Positions 25,886 through 39,097 of a stretch of DNA of 64,000 bases are shown piece after piece. Below the pieces are notes generated by a model, which was not told the origin of the DNA, searched no databases, and saw only the letters and a program-made list of their open reading frames with translations. How positions within the stretch are numbered: position 1 is the stretch's first letter; each line of letters starts with the position of its first letter. Position numbers and translations under genes: made by a program. Where the stretch lies: contig OX597814.1 in NCBI GenBank assembly GCA_951406725.2, forward strand, positions 169,322,001 through 169,386,000. Direction: 5' to 3'. This stretch comes from Octopus vulgaris (lineage: Eukaryota).

Positions 25886-26110
25886 ATTATATGAAGGAGA
25901 GTTAAAAGAAGACCTTTGTGTTAGTGATAATTTTGATCAATAAGTCTTCCTTTCAGGAATGAGATGTGTGCTGAAAGAGGAAAAATCCACGACAGCTGGA
26001 ACTGCTGAGGAATACGAGGAATCAAGAGTGTTGAATGGTAGTGGATTATAAAGAAGGAAGGATAGACTCTATGAGTGTGTGTGTGTGTGTGTGTGCGTGT
26101 GTGTGTATGT

Positions 26111-26149
<39 letters not shown>

Positions 26150-26274
26150 TGCTTGTAACAGTTGCTTTTTAAGAATTTTTTTTTAGCAACACTAGAGAAA
26201 ATGGAAATGAATATGAAGCATGTCATTGTTGTAAAGGGAGACTCTGAAAATATATAGATAGACGTATACATATG

Positions 26275-26318
<44 letters not shown>

Positions 26319-26585
26319 GTTTAACGTCCGTTTTCCATGCTAGCATGGGTTGGACGATTTTGACTGAGGGCTGGCAAAACAGATGGCTGCACCAGGCTCC
26401 AATCTTGATCTGGCAGAGTTTCTACAGCTGGATGCCCTTCCTAATGCCAACCACTCTGAGAGTGTAGTGGGTGCTTTTTACACACCACCGGCACAGGGGC
26501 CAATCAGGCAGTACTGGCAACAACCTCGCTCAAATCTTTTTACATATGCCACCGGCACAGGTGCCAGTAAGGCAACGTTGGTAAC
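26275..26585 (-). mobile_element. RTE 3'-tail fragment with (CAT)n
   Basis: matches 54480-54700; other tail copies at ~10985, 13461, 16615, 18950, 48195, 48950, 58080-58440, 61060. Confidence 0.85.
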
Positions 26586-26684
26586 ATATATTGGTATGTG
26601 TGTGTGTATACATATATATATATATATATACACACACACAATACACATACATATATTGTGAAGGCACATGGCTTAGTGGTTAAG

Positions 26685-26723
<39 letters not shown>

Positions 26724-27039
26724 ATACATATACATATATTGTGAAGGCACATAGCTTAGTGGTAAAGGTGTTGCACTCGTGATTGCAAGATTGTGGTTTC
26801 GATTCCCAGACCGAGCGTTGCGTTGTGTTCTTGAACAAATTACTTCATTTCACGTTGCTCTGCGATCATTTTGATATCTGATATGTGGCACCCATTGCAC
26901 CTGTACAGGTAATGTCGATCTGATGGAGAGAGTGAGCTTATGTCTACACAAACATTTCATCATTATGAACAAATCATCTGCGTGGTTGTTCAGTAAAAAA
27001 TTGTTGAACCCTCATACATCATCTAACAAAGAGAGAGTT

Positions 27040-27097
<58 letters not shown>

Positions 27098-27390
27098 TAT
27101 TATTTGAGGGAATAAAATCCAAACTTACAAGGAAAAAAATTCAATTTAGAAATACTAAATCAAATTTCACACAATATAATATATATAAAAAAAAATTAGA
27201 AAAAAAACACCTTTTATCAATTCAAAATGAACAATTAAATTATACCATCTAGAAAATTACATATAATAGAAATATTAAAATTAAAATAACAATAAAATGT
27301 CAATGATTAAGTAAATTGCAAAAAAATAATAAAAACGTATATGATTGGTAGAATATAGATATGGTTAGTGAGAGCTGTGCAAGCCATGTA

Positions 27391-27775
27391 CAGTGGCTTG
27401 CAAAAGTCTACATCCCCTTTGAAAATTTATATATTTTATATTATTTAACAGGGAACAACACATTTTTTCAATTCCAATGATCGTTAAATAATAAGCAGAT
27501 CCATCACACTTTCCTTTGATATAAAAATTTCATTCTAAAAATTTCACACTGATTCTTAAAATCATATAACTTAGAAAAATGTCTTTGCAAATGTCTACAC
27601 TTGCCAGATATTATACTGTGTTATCAGGTAGTTTGTCATTGATGTATACAATCCAAAACAATCAAAAGTGACATGTGCGTTCTACCATAACAAACAAACT
27701 TGGCCAGTCTATCATTTTGCTATATAAGGAGATTTAACTGCCTACAAAATCATTCACCACATGGTTTTTCGGTAT
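27391..27775 (+). mobile_element. left end of an IR/DR-type Tc1-like transposon
   Basis: TA|CAGTGGCTTGCAAAAGTCTACA terminus, inner repeat TTTGCAAATGTCTACA at ~27584, TATATAAG at 27721; no right end seen. Confidence 0.6.
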
Positions 27776-28170
27776 GTTAAACGATGTTGATGATGATGAT
27801 AATGATGATGATGACGTATGAGCATTCAGTTTTTGCCAAACATCCTGTATAAATGATTTGTTTATGGTGATCAAGTCTTCATGCCGCACATTAGCTCACT
27901 CTCTCCATCAAATAGACATTAAAATAAACCCATTACCAGTAAAGAAAGTATATGAAAGACTTCCGAGATGAGTTCAATAAATTCACTTGCCGTGGGGAGT
28001 GAAGAATCTAATATTCCTGGCTGTTGCCCACAGCCATGCAACAACCTCTCTTTCTCTGTCTCAGACCAAAGGTTATGCTTCGAATATTTAGGTTTTGAAT
28101 TCTCACAGGAACTCAAAATGTTATGTTAATTCAAGAACAGACTTTTAGGTGATAACTCAAGTTTCCTAAT

Positions 28171-28490
28171 TGTTCTATATTTAAGAGATGAGGAATTATG
28201 TACATTATATGCCCATGGGCATATGGCATAGTGGTTAAGAGTGTGTGCTACTAACACCAAGATTCCGAGTTCAATTCCAAGCAGTGACCTGAACAATAAC
28301 CATAATAATAATAATTATAATAACAATAATAGTAATAACAAGATCAAAAAATACTTTAGAAATAAGGACCCAGGTTTGAAATTTTCCCAAGACACCTGAA
28401 GAAGGCTGAAGGGTATATCAGCTGAAATGTTGTGTTAATAACAAACAAGATGAGGACAAATGTCTGTTGAATGTAAATAATGCAAATAAT
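28171..28490 (+). mobile_element. tRNA-headed element carrying a type I hammerhead motif, with inverted tail/head remnant
   Basis: A-box TGGCATAGTGG 28224-34, B-box GAGTTCAATTCC 28267-78, (AAT)n, then GACAC-CTGAAGA-aGGCTG..CAGCT-GAAA-tgtt-GTGTT 28391-28436; palindrome 28207-28224. Confidence 0.7.
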
Positions 28491-28988
28491 GTCAAGTTCT
28501 TGAATTTTACTTGAAAGGAAGTTTCTATTTCACTGAAATGAAATAATTTCTGCTGCTTTATTTCAGCATTTTCTGACCAGGATTACTCAAGAAAGCACTA
28601 GATATTCCTCTGGAAAAGTGCATTTTCGAGTAATTATTTTGTGTTTAATTCTATGCTTGCAGTTTTATTGTACTACCAAATCAGATTCCTTGGTAGTAAA
28701 GAGATTCTTGTGGGAAAGGTCAAGAAGTTAAAACATTGATAAACAAGGTTCCTCAAAAGTGAAATGGTTCCAAGAGGCTGTTGTATTCCTTCAGTATGTA
28801 TATATATTCTTTTATTCTTTTACTTGTTTCAGGCATTAGACTGTGGCCATGCTGGGGCACTGTCTTGAATTTTTCAGTCGAATTGACTTCTTTTTTTAAG
28901 CCTAGTACTTATCCTATCAGTCACCGTTGCTGAACCGCTAAGTTATGAGGACATAAACACACCAACACTAGTTGTCAAATGGTGGTGA

Positions 28989-29029
<41 letters not shown>

Positions 29030-29550
29030 CAATGAGCTTCTTTCAGTTTCCATCTACCAAATCCACTCACAAGGCTTTGATCAGCTTAGACTTTTTTGGG
29101 GACAACCAAATCGAACCATCTCAAGGTGCCTTGCAGTGGGACTGAACCTGGAACCATGTGTTTGGAAAGCAAGCTTCTTTCTACACAGTCATGCCTGCGC
29201 CTCTATATACTGTATATATATATCACACACATAGAGTCTCTCACACGCATGCATGCACATACAAGTGAGTATACAAACAAAAGGAAGTAACACTGTGTGC
29301 TCAGTAAGAGTTACTTATATTTTATAGTAATAGTTTGACTCAGCTCCATCTGACTTAATGTTTCATGGGCTTATAGGATGAATCTATCTCATCGGTTCAT
29401 GAAATATTTGTGGTGGCTTGGTGCTTTTATTCAGTTTCTGTCTTCTTGATAGGACATTGTCCGTTGTCAAAATACATAATTTTATACAGAAAGTATTTAT
29501 AATTTATGCCTACCATGAATAAATAAATAAATAAATTAAGTAATTAATAA

Positions 29551-29584
<34 letters not shown>

Positions 29585-29627
29585 TATAGAAAAACCATTA
29601 TTCCCTCTAAGTTTGGAGTTTTATTAT

Positions 29628-29744
<117 letters not shown>

Positions 29745-30323
29745 TACAGAGAGAGAGAGAGAATTCACTTTGTAGAGACACTATGAAAAAGACTGTCTGA
29801 TACAGACTATATAAATAATAATTGACAGACAGACAAACATACAGATGGATAGATAGATAGAAGGAATTCTGTGTGTCTGTGTTTGAATTAAGAGAGATGT
29901 TGGTAGAATTGAGTAAATAGAAACCAAAATGAAAAAAAAATCTGAACAATTTTATTCAGAGAAATATTGGAGAATTCTGTCTGTGAAATGTCGTTAGTGT
30001 TATTAGCAAAATGCTATGATCGTCTGTTTAATAGACTGTGCTCGTCTGTTTTTAATAGAACTGTGATCGTCTGCCTTTTCACCATTATTCAAGCAGACGA
30101 CACTCAAGTATATACTTCGTTGTTAGATGTCTAGCACTGCATCAGTCAATGGTTCGTGCCACCAATAACATCGTTTAGATGTGTACTAAACACACACACA
30201 CATAATTTTATTTCTATCATGTATTACTGCACTTCACTTAAGAATTTTTTAGGCAAAGTGTGGATGCAATTGGGGCAAGGTTTGTGAACTTAACTTTAGC
30301 TTGAAATTCTACGTTCTTTCCTC

Positions 30324-30740
30324 GGATCTTTTCAGTTTGAACGGCAGTTTTTAACATAATTTCTAGGTGACAAAAAAATTTAAAACTTCGTATAATGGTA
30401 GAATGTGTTTAAAAGCATCTTTTTCTCTTGGCTTTATTGAGAAAATTCTATAGTTTGTAAGATATTTTTTGTTTTCTTTTCTTCAATTTCTGCAATTTCA
30501 ACCAATCACTGACGTCTATTGAGTTAAAAAACATTCTGTGCCATATGAATATGTCCCTCGTTTAAGAAACAGATTGGGTTTATTTACATTTGTGAAGAAA
30601 AAAAGATACTCTTCCCCCCACCCCTAACCTTAACCCTAAAACAGATTGCTATGCAACAGATCAATACTAGGGTCATAATTATGGGTGACAATTTCATATG
30701 ACACCACTAGAAAAAACTGCCGTTCAAACCAAAAAGATCC
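30324..30740. mobile_element. MITE, GG..CC termini, ~28-bp TIR, 8-bp TSD (Merlin/Mutator-like)
   Basis: GGATCTTTTCAGTTTGAACGGCAGTTTT / AAAACTGCCGTTCAAACCAAAAAGATCC; TSD CTTTCCTC 30316-23 and 30741-48. Confidence 0.9.
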
Positions 30741-31128
30741 CTTTCCTCCGTCAGTGTTGCTTGCCACGGATATATACACACAGTTATTCCATTTTAGACT
30801 TACTTCCTTAAAAAAAAATTAGCCTACTGAGAAACATTTTCATCTGTTGTACGACTTTCATAACTGCCAGCAATTTTGAGGAGTCGGTTAATCGATTAAA
30901 TCAATCCCTATACTTGACCGGTACTTCATTTCATCGACCCCGGAGGGATGGAATGTAGAATTTGACAATGCTTGACAAAACAGTAATTCCTCGTATAAAC
31001 TGTTTTATCCAAATATATGACAAAATATCAATAACTGATCCATATTTCTAATGTCGGAATTCTCATTCAATTGAATGGTAAATTTAATACTTTTGGCAGT
31101 TATTTCAATAAACTGCTGAAATTAGTTA

Positions 31129-31793
31129 CAGGTCCTTGTCGACTTACGACCTATCCGACTTACGACCGATTGACTTTACAAAGACTGATGTGTCAGCTCC
31201 CGGTAGCAATAATAAATAGTTCAGTTGAAATCTAATGAGTTTAATTTCTTAGCAATTAACCCATCTATGGACGATGTCAGCTAACAAACGTTTCCCCTAG
31301 GTTTGGTTATTGATCGTCACTGTGTTGGATGACTATCCTGTCACGGAGATATTGAGGTACCACATATTTTTTTGTAAGACGACCGCTTCAGACTCTGAAA
31401 TTTTTGACTAACGCCTGTATAATAGTATAATACAGAATGATGTGTGTAACCATTACCTGTGAATGTACCTTACCCTTTTGTTACTGTATTTATTTTGAGA
31501 TGCTCTGTGTTTCTTCCAATTATTTTAAATATAACAAAGAATTTAGTAAAATAACATTGTTATCATTAAGCTAGTGTTAGGAACATAAATTGTGACTAAG
31601 ATTTAGTGGAAGATTTGAATTCAAAACTTATGAAAACAAGACATTTATACTAAAGAGCCAGAGCCGGTTTCAGCCGGGTTGGTAATGAAAGGGTTAAGAA
31701 TGTAAAATTATAAAACAAAGCTATGTAGGCCTATAGGTCGACTTTCAACCAGTCAGTCAGAACCAATTATGGTCATAAGTCGATGACAACCTG
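31129..31793. mobile_element. Tigger/pogo-type MITE with TA TSD
   Basis: TA|CAGGTCCTTGTCGACTTACGACC ... GGTCATAAGTCGATGACAACCTG|TA. Confidence 0.8.
31473..31693. mobile_element. TTAA-target (piggyBac-like) MITE nested in the Tigger MITE
   Basis: tta|CCCTTTTGTTAC ... GTAATGAAAGGG|TTAA. Confidence 0.7.
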
Positions 31794-32994
31794 TATTACT
31801 AATTTCTGTGAGTCATTTGCAAATACCATATCTGCCAATAGTGGAATGTCTCTTATTTTCCTTGCACAGATCTTTCCGTGAAAAATTCATGATTTTACTT
31901 GCCGTTGGCAATACAAATTCATTACCAGTTTTGTGATTGGTTTCTTAGTTTTTGTAATTAAGTATACAGTTTTGTATGATAACTCTATATTTTACTCCAA
32001 CCAGTGTTTATTTTTCAAAATATTGTTTTGTCCTTTCAAAAAATTCAGCAATTTTCTTTGAAGTTATAATGATTTGTTTTGCCTAAGAAGCATGTCTACT
32101 ATTGAGATGTTTTAATTTAGAAAGATTTCATATTTTCATTTGCCTAATATTCGTTACAATTAAAGTGACTGGACGGTGTTCTTCATGCCTAAGAGCTAAA
32201 GTAAACCGATATTGGGAGAGAGAGAGAGAGAAAGAGAGAGTTCGGTCGTAATTTTAATTTTGTGCAGCATTATTCAGTCACTTTCAGATTCAGGTCACTG
32301 CTTCCAGCTTCTGAAAGAACTACCACTTCACCCTTTTAAATGTCATGTTCTTCTTTGACAAATTTAACCCAAATGAAAGTTAGTCAAGATGGCATTATTA
32401 CTTGTGTAATAAATTCAAAATTGAAATATTTAAAACCTCGTTTTTTTTTTTTATACATTTATTAAAATAATTAGATGCGATATAAAGTTATGCTGGAAAA
32501 CGGAAAAAAATTGCTTAATTTGTTGATTTTACATAAAAATTATACAATTACACACAAGTTACAATTAAATTAACTCAATGATACAGACTGATGCGACAGT
32601 TCAATCTACTTTCAGATTGAGAATTCAAAATCATGGCTGTAAACACACATCATGTTAACACCACCATTCGCAAATAAACATTTTCCTCTTTTAGTAAAAC
32701 ATACAGCCTGATCATAAATCAAGGTGCAAAGTATTGCGAAGCACAATACCAAAAACACAACTAATCATTAGAAAATGTTACTAAAGGTACGGAAATTAGT
32801 ATTGCTTACAAAATATACAAATATCTTGTTTGTATGTGCTCTGTTACTCTATCGACATGGGTCGTATTTCTAGTGGAAATGTATAAATAAAATTATGTAT
32901 ACACAACTCGTTTTCATCAGAAGGTGATAGAATGAGAAGTATGAAAGTGATAATGCTTTTTATACGCTTTAGCATTACCACAATTCTTAAAACT

Positions 32995-33222
32995 TATTGC
33001 CCACAAGGGGCTAAACACAGAGGGGACAAATAAGGACAGACAAAGGGATTAAGTCGATTACATCGACCCCAGTGCGTAACTGGTACTTATTTAATCGACC
33101 CCGAAAGGATGAAAGGTAAAGTCAACCTCGGTGGAATTTGAACTCAGAACATAACAGCAGACAAAATGCTGCTAAGCATTTCATTGGCATGCTAACATTT
33201 CTGCCAGCTCGCTGCCTTAAAA
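32995..33222 (-). mobile_element. family B SINE with 24-bp TSD
   Basis: AGCATTACCACAATTCTTAAAACT at 32971-32994 and 33223-33246. Confidence 0.92.
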
Positions 33223-35246
33223 AGCATTACCACAATTCTTAAAACTGCCAGAATCTACAGACCCCAACTGAAAATTCAAGAAAACTCAAATGTCATCTGT
33301 TAGAGAAACACATTGGATCCATAACCAAGAATCGAAGCCTTGGTCTTTTATGTTTCGGTCTATTGTTCTTGGTATCTGCATTTGGAATTTATTATTTCAA
33401 CCTGTCAAATTGGTGAACATCTTAGGTGAGACAGAGTTCAGTTTAGATGTCCCGATCAATTCTGTTGTTATTGACTTAATTCAACTTTAGCACAGCTATA
33501 AATTCGAGTTACCTATAGAAACTCATTCTCTTTTCTCAGGAACTTTTAGAGAATTAACTTCTCTCTTTCTCTTTTCCTTTGCCACATGGTAGAGAATTAA
33601 CTTGTCATTAGTGACAACCACACGTGAGCAGGCTGCTACAACAACTGAAAGATTCTCTATCAAAACTAACATTTTTATTTACTTTCAAGCCGTTGTAGTT
33701 GTGAAAAACTTTGTTACGATTGAACAAAATCTATGGTAATCATAAACTATTTCTTTCAATACATCTGGAAATGGTAAACTATGCAACATGCAACCTCTCC
33801 TCAAATGCTTCCTTTCTCAGCCTTTTCTATAACTTGCAACGTCTCCTCTGTGCTACAACCTGCCAATCACAATTATGCCATTATATTCAATGACCTCTAC
33901 ATATCACATTTAACTGCTACAGTTGGTAACTCCCGACGCTTCCAGCACGCTACACATCTCTCGGGGGTAGAACATGAAAGACCATGGGATTGCACCTAGA
34001 AAGTTATCCTCAGAGGCACAAGTCCGAGCAAGGTTATTTATGGAAGACCAGCAGTCGCCCATAACATTCTCTCCTCTCCACATCACCGATGTTATCCAAG
34101 CAAAAGGCAAAGGCTGATACAGCTTAGCACCAGTGACGTCACAAATCATTTCTACAGTTAAGTGAACTCGAGCAACATGAAATAAAGTGTCTTGCTCAAG
34201 AACACAACATACAGCCCGGTCTGAGAATCGAACTCACTACTTCATGATTGTCAGCTCGACGCTCTAGCCACTGAACCATGTGCCTTCACATAGGGTAATT
34301 AAAAGCAGTAACGTTCATATACTGTTGACTCAAATGTTGCTGAAGGTGAGGTGTGTACATGTTTATTTATATACACATTTCAATACATATGTATATTTAC
34401 ACACAAACACACCTATGCCCAGGTAAAGGTTATATACAATGTGTATGTTTTATTGAACTTCGATTACGTATCATTGCGTTTAATCTCTATCACTCTCCCC
34501 TTTCTATTTATAAATGAGGGTGTGTGTATAATTTTTACAAGGAAAAGATTGAAAGTTACGTTTAAGTTTGTCTAACCTTATATATACTTTTTAGTTCAGC
34601 TTGTGGGTAAAGCATTGTGGTTGCAAGGTTGGTGTGCATACACAAACACTTGCAAAAACACTTGTGCAAAACCATTGTCAATATTGTTAGTTTTAAATAA
34701 ACATACATAAATACATAGTACATACAGTCTTTTGTCTGTGTATGTAGCTACAAAACTACTCACACACAGACCAATGTTTCCCAGTAGCTCGTATCAAATC
34801 TTTTCTACTTATTAATATATATATATAATCAATATATATATATATATTTCATTATATATTCATATATAAATTAATCCGCTTAAAATATAAGAAAACATCA
34901 TTTATTTCAATAAAACATATGATATATAATTAATCCCGAATGTTTAATGAAAAATGAATAATAAAAATAAAACAAAAAAAAAATTGTTCCATAATTATAA
35001 CCAATTCAACGAATTGTCCAATTTTAATCAGTATCTTGAGTTTAACGGCATTTTTTCTGGCTCTACATTTTTAGAACCAGTTAAGTACTGAGGTCGGAGG
35101 GATTGACAGGTTCCCTCTTCCTAAAATAACTGGCCTTGCGCTAAAGTTAGAAAATTTTGTTTGTAAGATGTTGAGACATCTTCTTCCCTTTCTCTTCCTT
35201 ATCTTCTATATTTTTTCGGATCTTTTCTGTTTGGCTGCATTCACAT

Positions 35247-36045
35247 TTAAGTATAGTATATTAATACCTCAAAATGAATACTGTTGGAAAAATTGAGATA
35301 ATAAGGATTGATTCATCACTAAAAGATATACCCATACCAACCACGGACTATTACATCATAGAATTAATATATAAGATTAACGAATTTATAAGATATATAT
35401 GTATGCTAATAAGGTTCTCATTTTATTAAATGAATAAATAATCCAACATTCTAATATCCGAAAGTTGATGAACAAACTAAATTTGTTTCTCCATTTTCTT
35501 ATTTGTATTATAAATTAAAGGTAAAAATATTTCTTTACCTTCATCCGTTTAATACAATAAATGAGTTAATTGCATTGCAATTAAAAGCATTTATGTATTA
35601 AGAATCTGAGTACTTTACCAACAGTATATTGGATAAATACTATCCCTTAGTGGGTTACACCCATAACCCCTAACTTACTTTGTGTTATAAAATTAATTAT
35701 TTGAGGAATATCTATTGCTAATACTTGTATATGTATGAATTATCTATGCAATATTTGGAGTATTGCTAGTATAAGTGAATGCAATTAAGTATAGTATATT
35801 AATACCTCAAAATGAATACTGTTGGAAAAATGGAGATACTAAGGATTGAGTCATCACTAAAAGATATACCCATACCAACAAAGGACTATTACATCAAAGA
35901 ATTAATATATAGGAGAATTTATAAGATATATATGTATGCTATTAAGGTTCTCATTTTGTTAAATGAATAAATAATCCAACATTCTAATATCCGAAAGCTG
36001 ATGAACAAACTAAATTTGTTTCTCTATTTTCTTATTTGTATTATA
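35247..36045. repeat. ~260-bp direct repeat (period ~538) ending in (TA)n; partial-tandem, Penelope-like layout
   Basis: copies 35247-35512 and 35785-36045. Confidence 0.85.
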
Positions 36046-36621
36046 TATATATATATATATGTATGTGTGTCTATGTTTGTGTCTGTATTTGTCCCCCCAA
36101 CATTGACAACCGATGTTGGTGTGTTTACGTTCCCGTAACTTAGCGGTTTGGCAAAAGAGACCAATAGAATAACTACTAGGCTTACAAAGAATCAGTCCTG
36201 GGGTCAATTTGCTTGACTAAACAAGTAAAAGAGTAAAAGAGTATACTGCTTAGAACACATTCAGATAAATTTGTTTTTTTTTTGGTTTTGTTGTTGGAAA
36301 TGGAGATCTTTACCATTTGGTGCCCTGTGCTGAATTTCCGAAATTTTCTGCATAAATGTAGTTTTGTATGCTAATTACGAAAATCACGTTTCTTTGTTTT
36401 TCTTCTTTTTTTTTTAGCAATACTTTCCAGCTTTTGCTCAGGGCCAACAAGTTTGAAGAGAGAGAAAAATCAATTTTATATAAATCAATACTCAACTAGT
36501 ACTCATTTTTTTCTACCCCGAAAGGATAAAAAGCATAGTTGACCTAGACCACATTTGAACTCGGAACGTAAAGAGCCGGAAGAAATGCCACTGAGAGTTT
36601 TGTCTGGTGCAGTAATGATTC

Positions 36622-36820
36622 TGGCAGTCCATTTTGGGGAGGGAATGAAGTTGAGTATATTGACCCCAGTGTTTCACTGGTACTTAATTTATCGACCCTG
36701 AGAGGATGAAAGGCAAAGATCAACTTTGCTTTTCATCCTTTCGGGGTCAATAAATTAAGTACCAATGAAACACTGGGGTCAATGTACTCAACTTCATCCC
36801 TTCCCCCAAAATGGCTGCCA
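36622..36820. repeat. fold-back inverted duplication of family B SINE core (~97-bp arms, 5-nt loop)
   Basis: arms 36622-36718 and 36724-36820, loop ATCAA. Confidence 0.92.
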
Positions 36821-37949
36821 TAAGTGACAAAATTTGAAACCATTATTATGATTATTATTATTATTATTATTATTGCGACATAAATAATAAAAACAATATC
36901 AAAACAAACCTTTTAACATTGAAATTATTGTTAATTTTAGCCCAACAGAAGCCTCAATAACCGACATGTCAGAAATTGTAATGTGTTTTCCTAGCAACAC
37001 AGTACAGGTAGGTTGCCTCAAAACAATTGTGGAAGCAGATGAAATGATGTTCTCAAGGATACATTTAGGGTTCGGCTTCTGTGGTAGTTAATTTCTTTTA
37101 TTTGGAACTGGTGTACTCATTGAGCCACCTTACCTTTTGCTTTGCTGTGTAAATTAGTTTCATGATGTCAGTTCAGACTTCATGCCAAGATGTCACAGTT
37201 TTATAAGAAACGACCTGGGAATCCAAGACAAAATGTAAAGTTTCTTTACGATCAGTATATTTCTTTCTCAGCTCACATTTAACTACTCTTTTACTTGTTT
37301 CAGTCATGTGACTGTGGCCATGCTGGAGCACCGCCTTTAGTTGAGCAAATCGACCCCAGGACTTATTCTTTGTAAGCCTAGTACTTATTCTATCGGTTTA
37401 TTTAGCCGAATCGCTAAGTTACGGGGACGTAAACACACCAGCGTCGGTTGTCAAGCGATATTAGGGGGACAAACACAGACACACAAACATATACACACAC
37501 ATACATATATACGACGGGCTTCTTTAAGTTTCCATCAATCAAATCTGCTCAAAAGGCTGTGGTCGCCTCGAGGGTACAATAGAAAACATTGTCCAAAGTG
37601 CCACGGTGTTTGATTGAACCCGGAACCATGTGTTTCGAAGCAAACTTCTTATCAAACAGCACGCCTGCGTTGTGATCAGTAAAAAAAAAAAACCCTACGA
37701 ATCTTAATACACTTTCAAGAATAAACGAGTTCTTTTAGCCCTGTACTATTATAGCATTCAAACATATCTTGACAAAAGAAAATATAGCCATTGTTTGCAC
37801 AGTTAACTCAAGATACGATTTTCCCTAAACTCAGTAAGGTCTAAAGCAGTTAGCGGTAAACTGCAGCCTGTAGGACTTGGGACTTTCTAAATGGCACCCT
37901 TAACGAAAAATTACCTCGAATTCTTTTTAGCAGTGCGCCCACCGAACCC

Positions 37950-38182
37950 AGGTAAAAAAAAAAAGTTACAGGAAAAAAGTCACAGGAAAAAAAAAATGGT
38001 AACGCTAGCACTGTTTCTGCATCTTTCTCTAATAGAGAAGTTAACTGTCGAATTCTCACCCTTTTAAGCTTAATGTGTCAATCAGTTTCTAAAGGAATAT
38101 GCAGAACTGATGGTAAATTAATGATTTTCTTTCCTAGCCAAAATTGCGACTTCTTTTCTATGTGACTTTATTACCGGCCACT
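37950..38182. mobile_element. degenerate MITE with GGAAAAAAGTCACAG subterminal repeats
   Basis: GGTAAAAAA..GTTACAGGAAAAAAGTCACAGGAAAA vs TTTTCTATGTGACTTTATTACC. Confidence 0.5.
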
Positions 38183-39097
38183 GCGCTAACCTGATGATGA
38201 ACCATGTCCCATGTTGCCCGCTTTTCGAAAAACGTAGCTCATTCTTAGTCTAACGAAGTCAAACTGAAAGAATACGTTAGGCAACGATGTAATTCTAGAT
38301 AAAATGAGATGACGGCAAGAGTTAGAATGTTAAATTACGAATACAGTTTATTTTGTATTATAGCTTAAATGGCTAGACACGGGAATCATTAATGTAATTA
38401 TCAAGATGGAATTTACGTGACACTGTGTATAATAAGGTTTAGTAAAATCCATCTTGCGTTAAAATATTAGTAGCTAAATATTCCACGGGTATTCGTATAA
38501 TTAGAGTAATTCTCAAATAGCTATTTGCGTCACCCAAAGTATACAAGGTCATGGCTTTTACATTAATACAGATCCCTTTGTTCATTTTATATTCTATTTT
38601 TATTTTTAAATTCCAATTATCTTCCCAATTTCACTCAAATAACTTGGGTCTACCCTATGTCACGGTAGAATACATTTGCCCAGTTATTGGTTTATGACAG
38701 CGAATCGACTTCTGGAGCATTCAACCATGCTTACGTTCGAGATTTCCTGTTTTTCTTTATTGGGTTTTTCTTTTATTTTGCTATTTTCTTATTTTAATAA
38801 ATTGTATTATTTTTTTCTTTCAATTGTTGTTGTTTTCCCGAGTTTTTATTGAAATATTTCCAGTGTTAAAAAAAAATTATAAAAAGAAGCACGTGTGTGT
38901 TCGTTTTTTTTTTTTTTGTATGTGTGTAATAAATACACACATACAAAAATACAACTACGAAGTCAAACCGAACACGACACGCAATTATACAAAACCAAAT
39001 ACATTCGCATCCATACAAACATACACAGCACGAGCTAATAAGGATCCCCTTTGCTGAACGTTATCGATTGAATTACAAGAAATAACAGCCAAATTAC

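Noticed and set aside
28216-28290. functional tRNA gene (also other SINE heads)
   Set aside because: A/B boxes present but acceptor stem is poor, and each continues into a repeat body.
28568-28793. plus-strand exon candidates after TTTCAG and TTGCAG
   Set aside because: Implied intron only ~32 nt, and all frames of the second piece hit stops.
30621-30638. interstitial telomere
   Set aside because: Only three imperfect units, inside a MITE.
35995-36025. CTGATGA plus ACAAA/TTTGT hairpin as a hammerhead
   Set aside because: No GAAA after the stem, and the sister copy reads TTGATGA.
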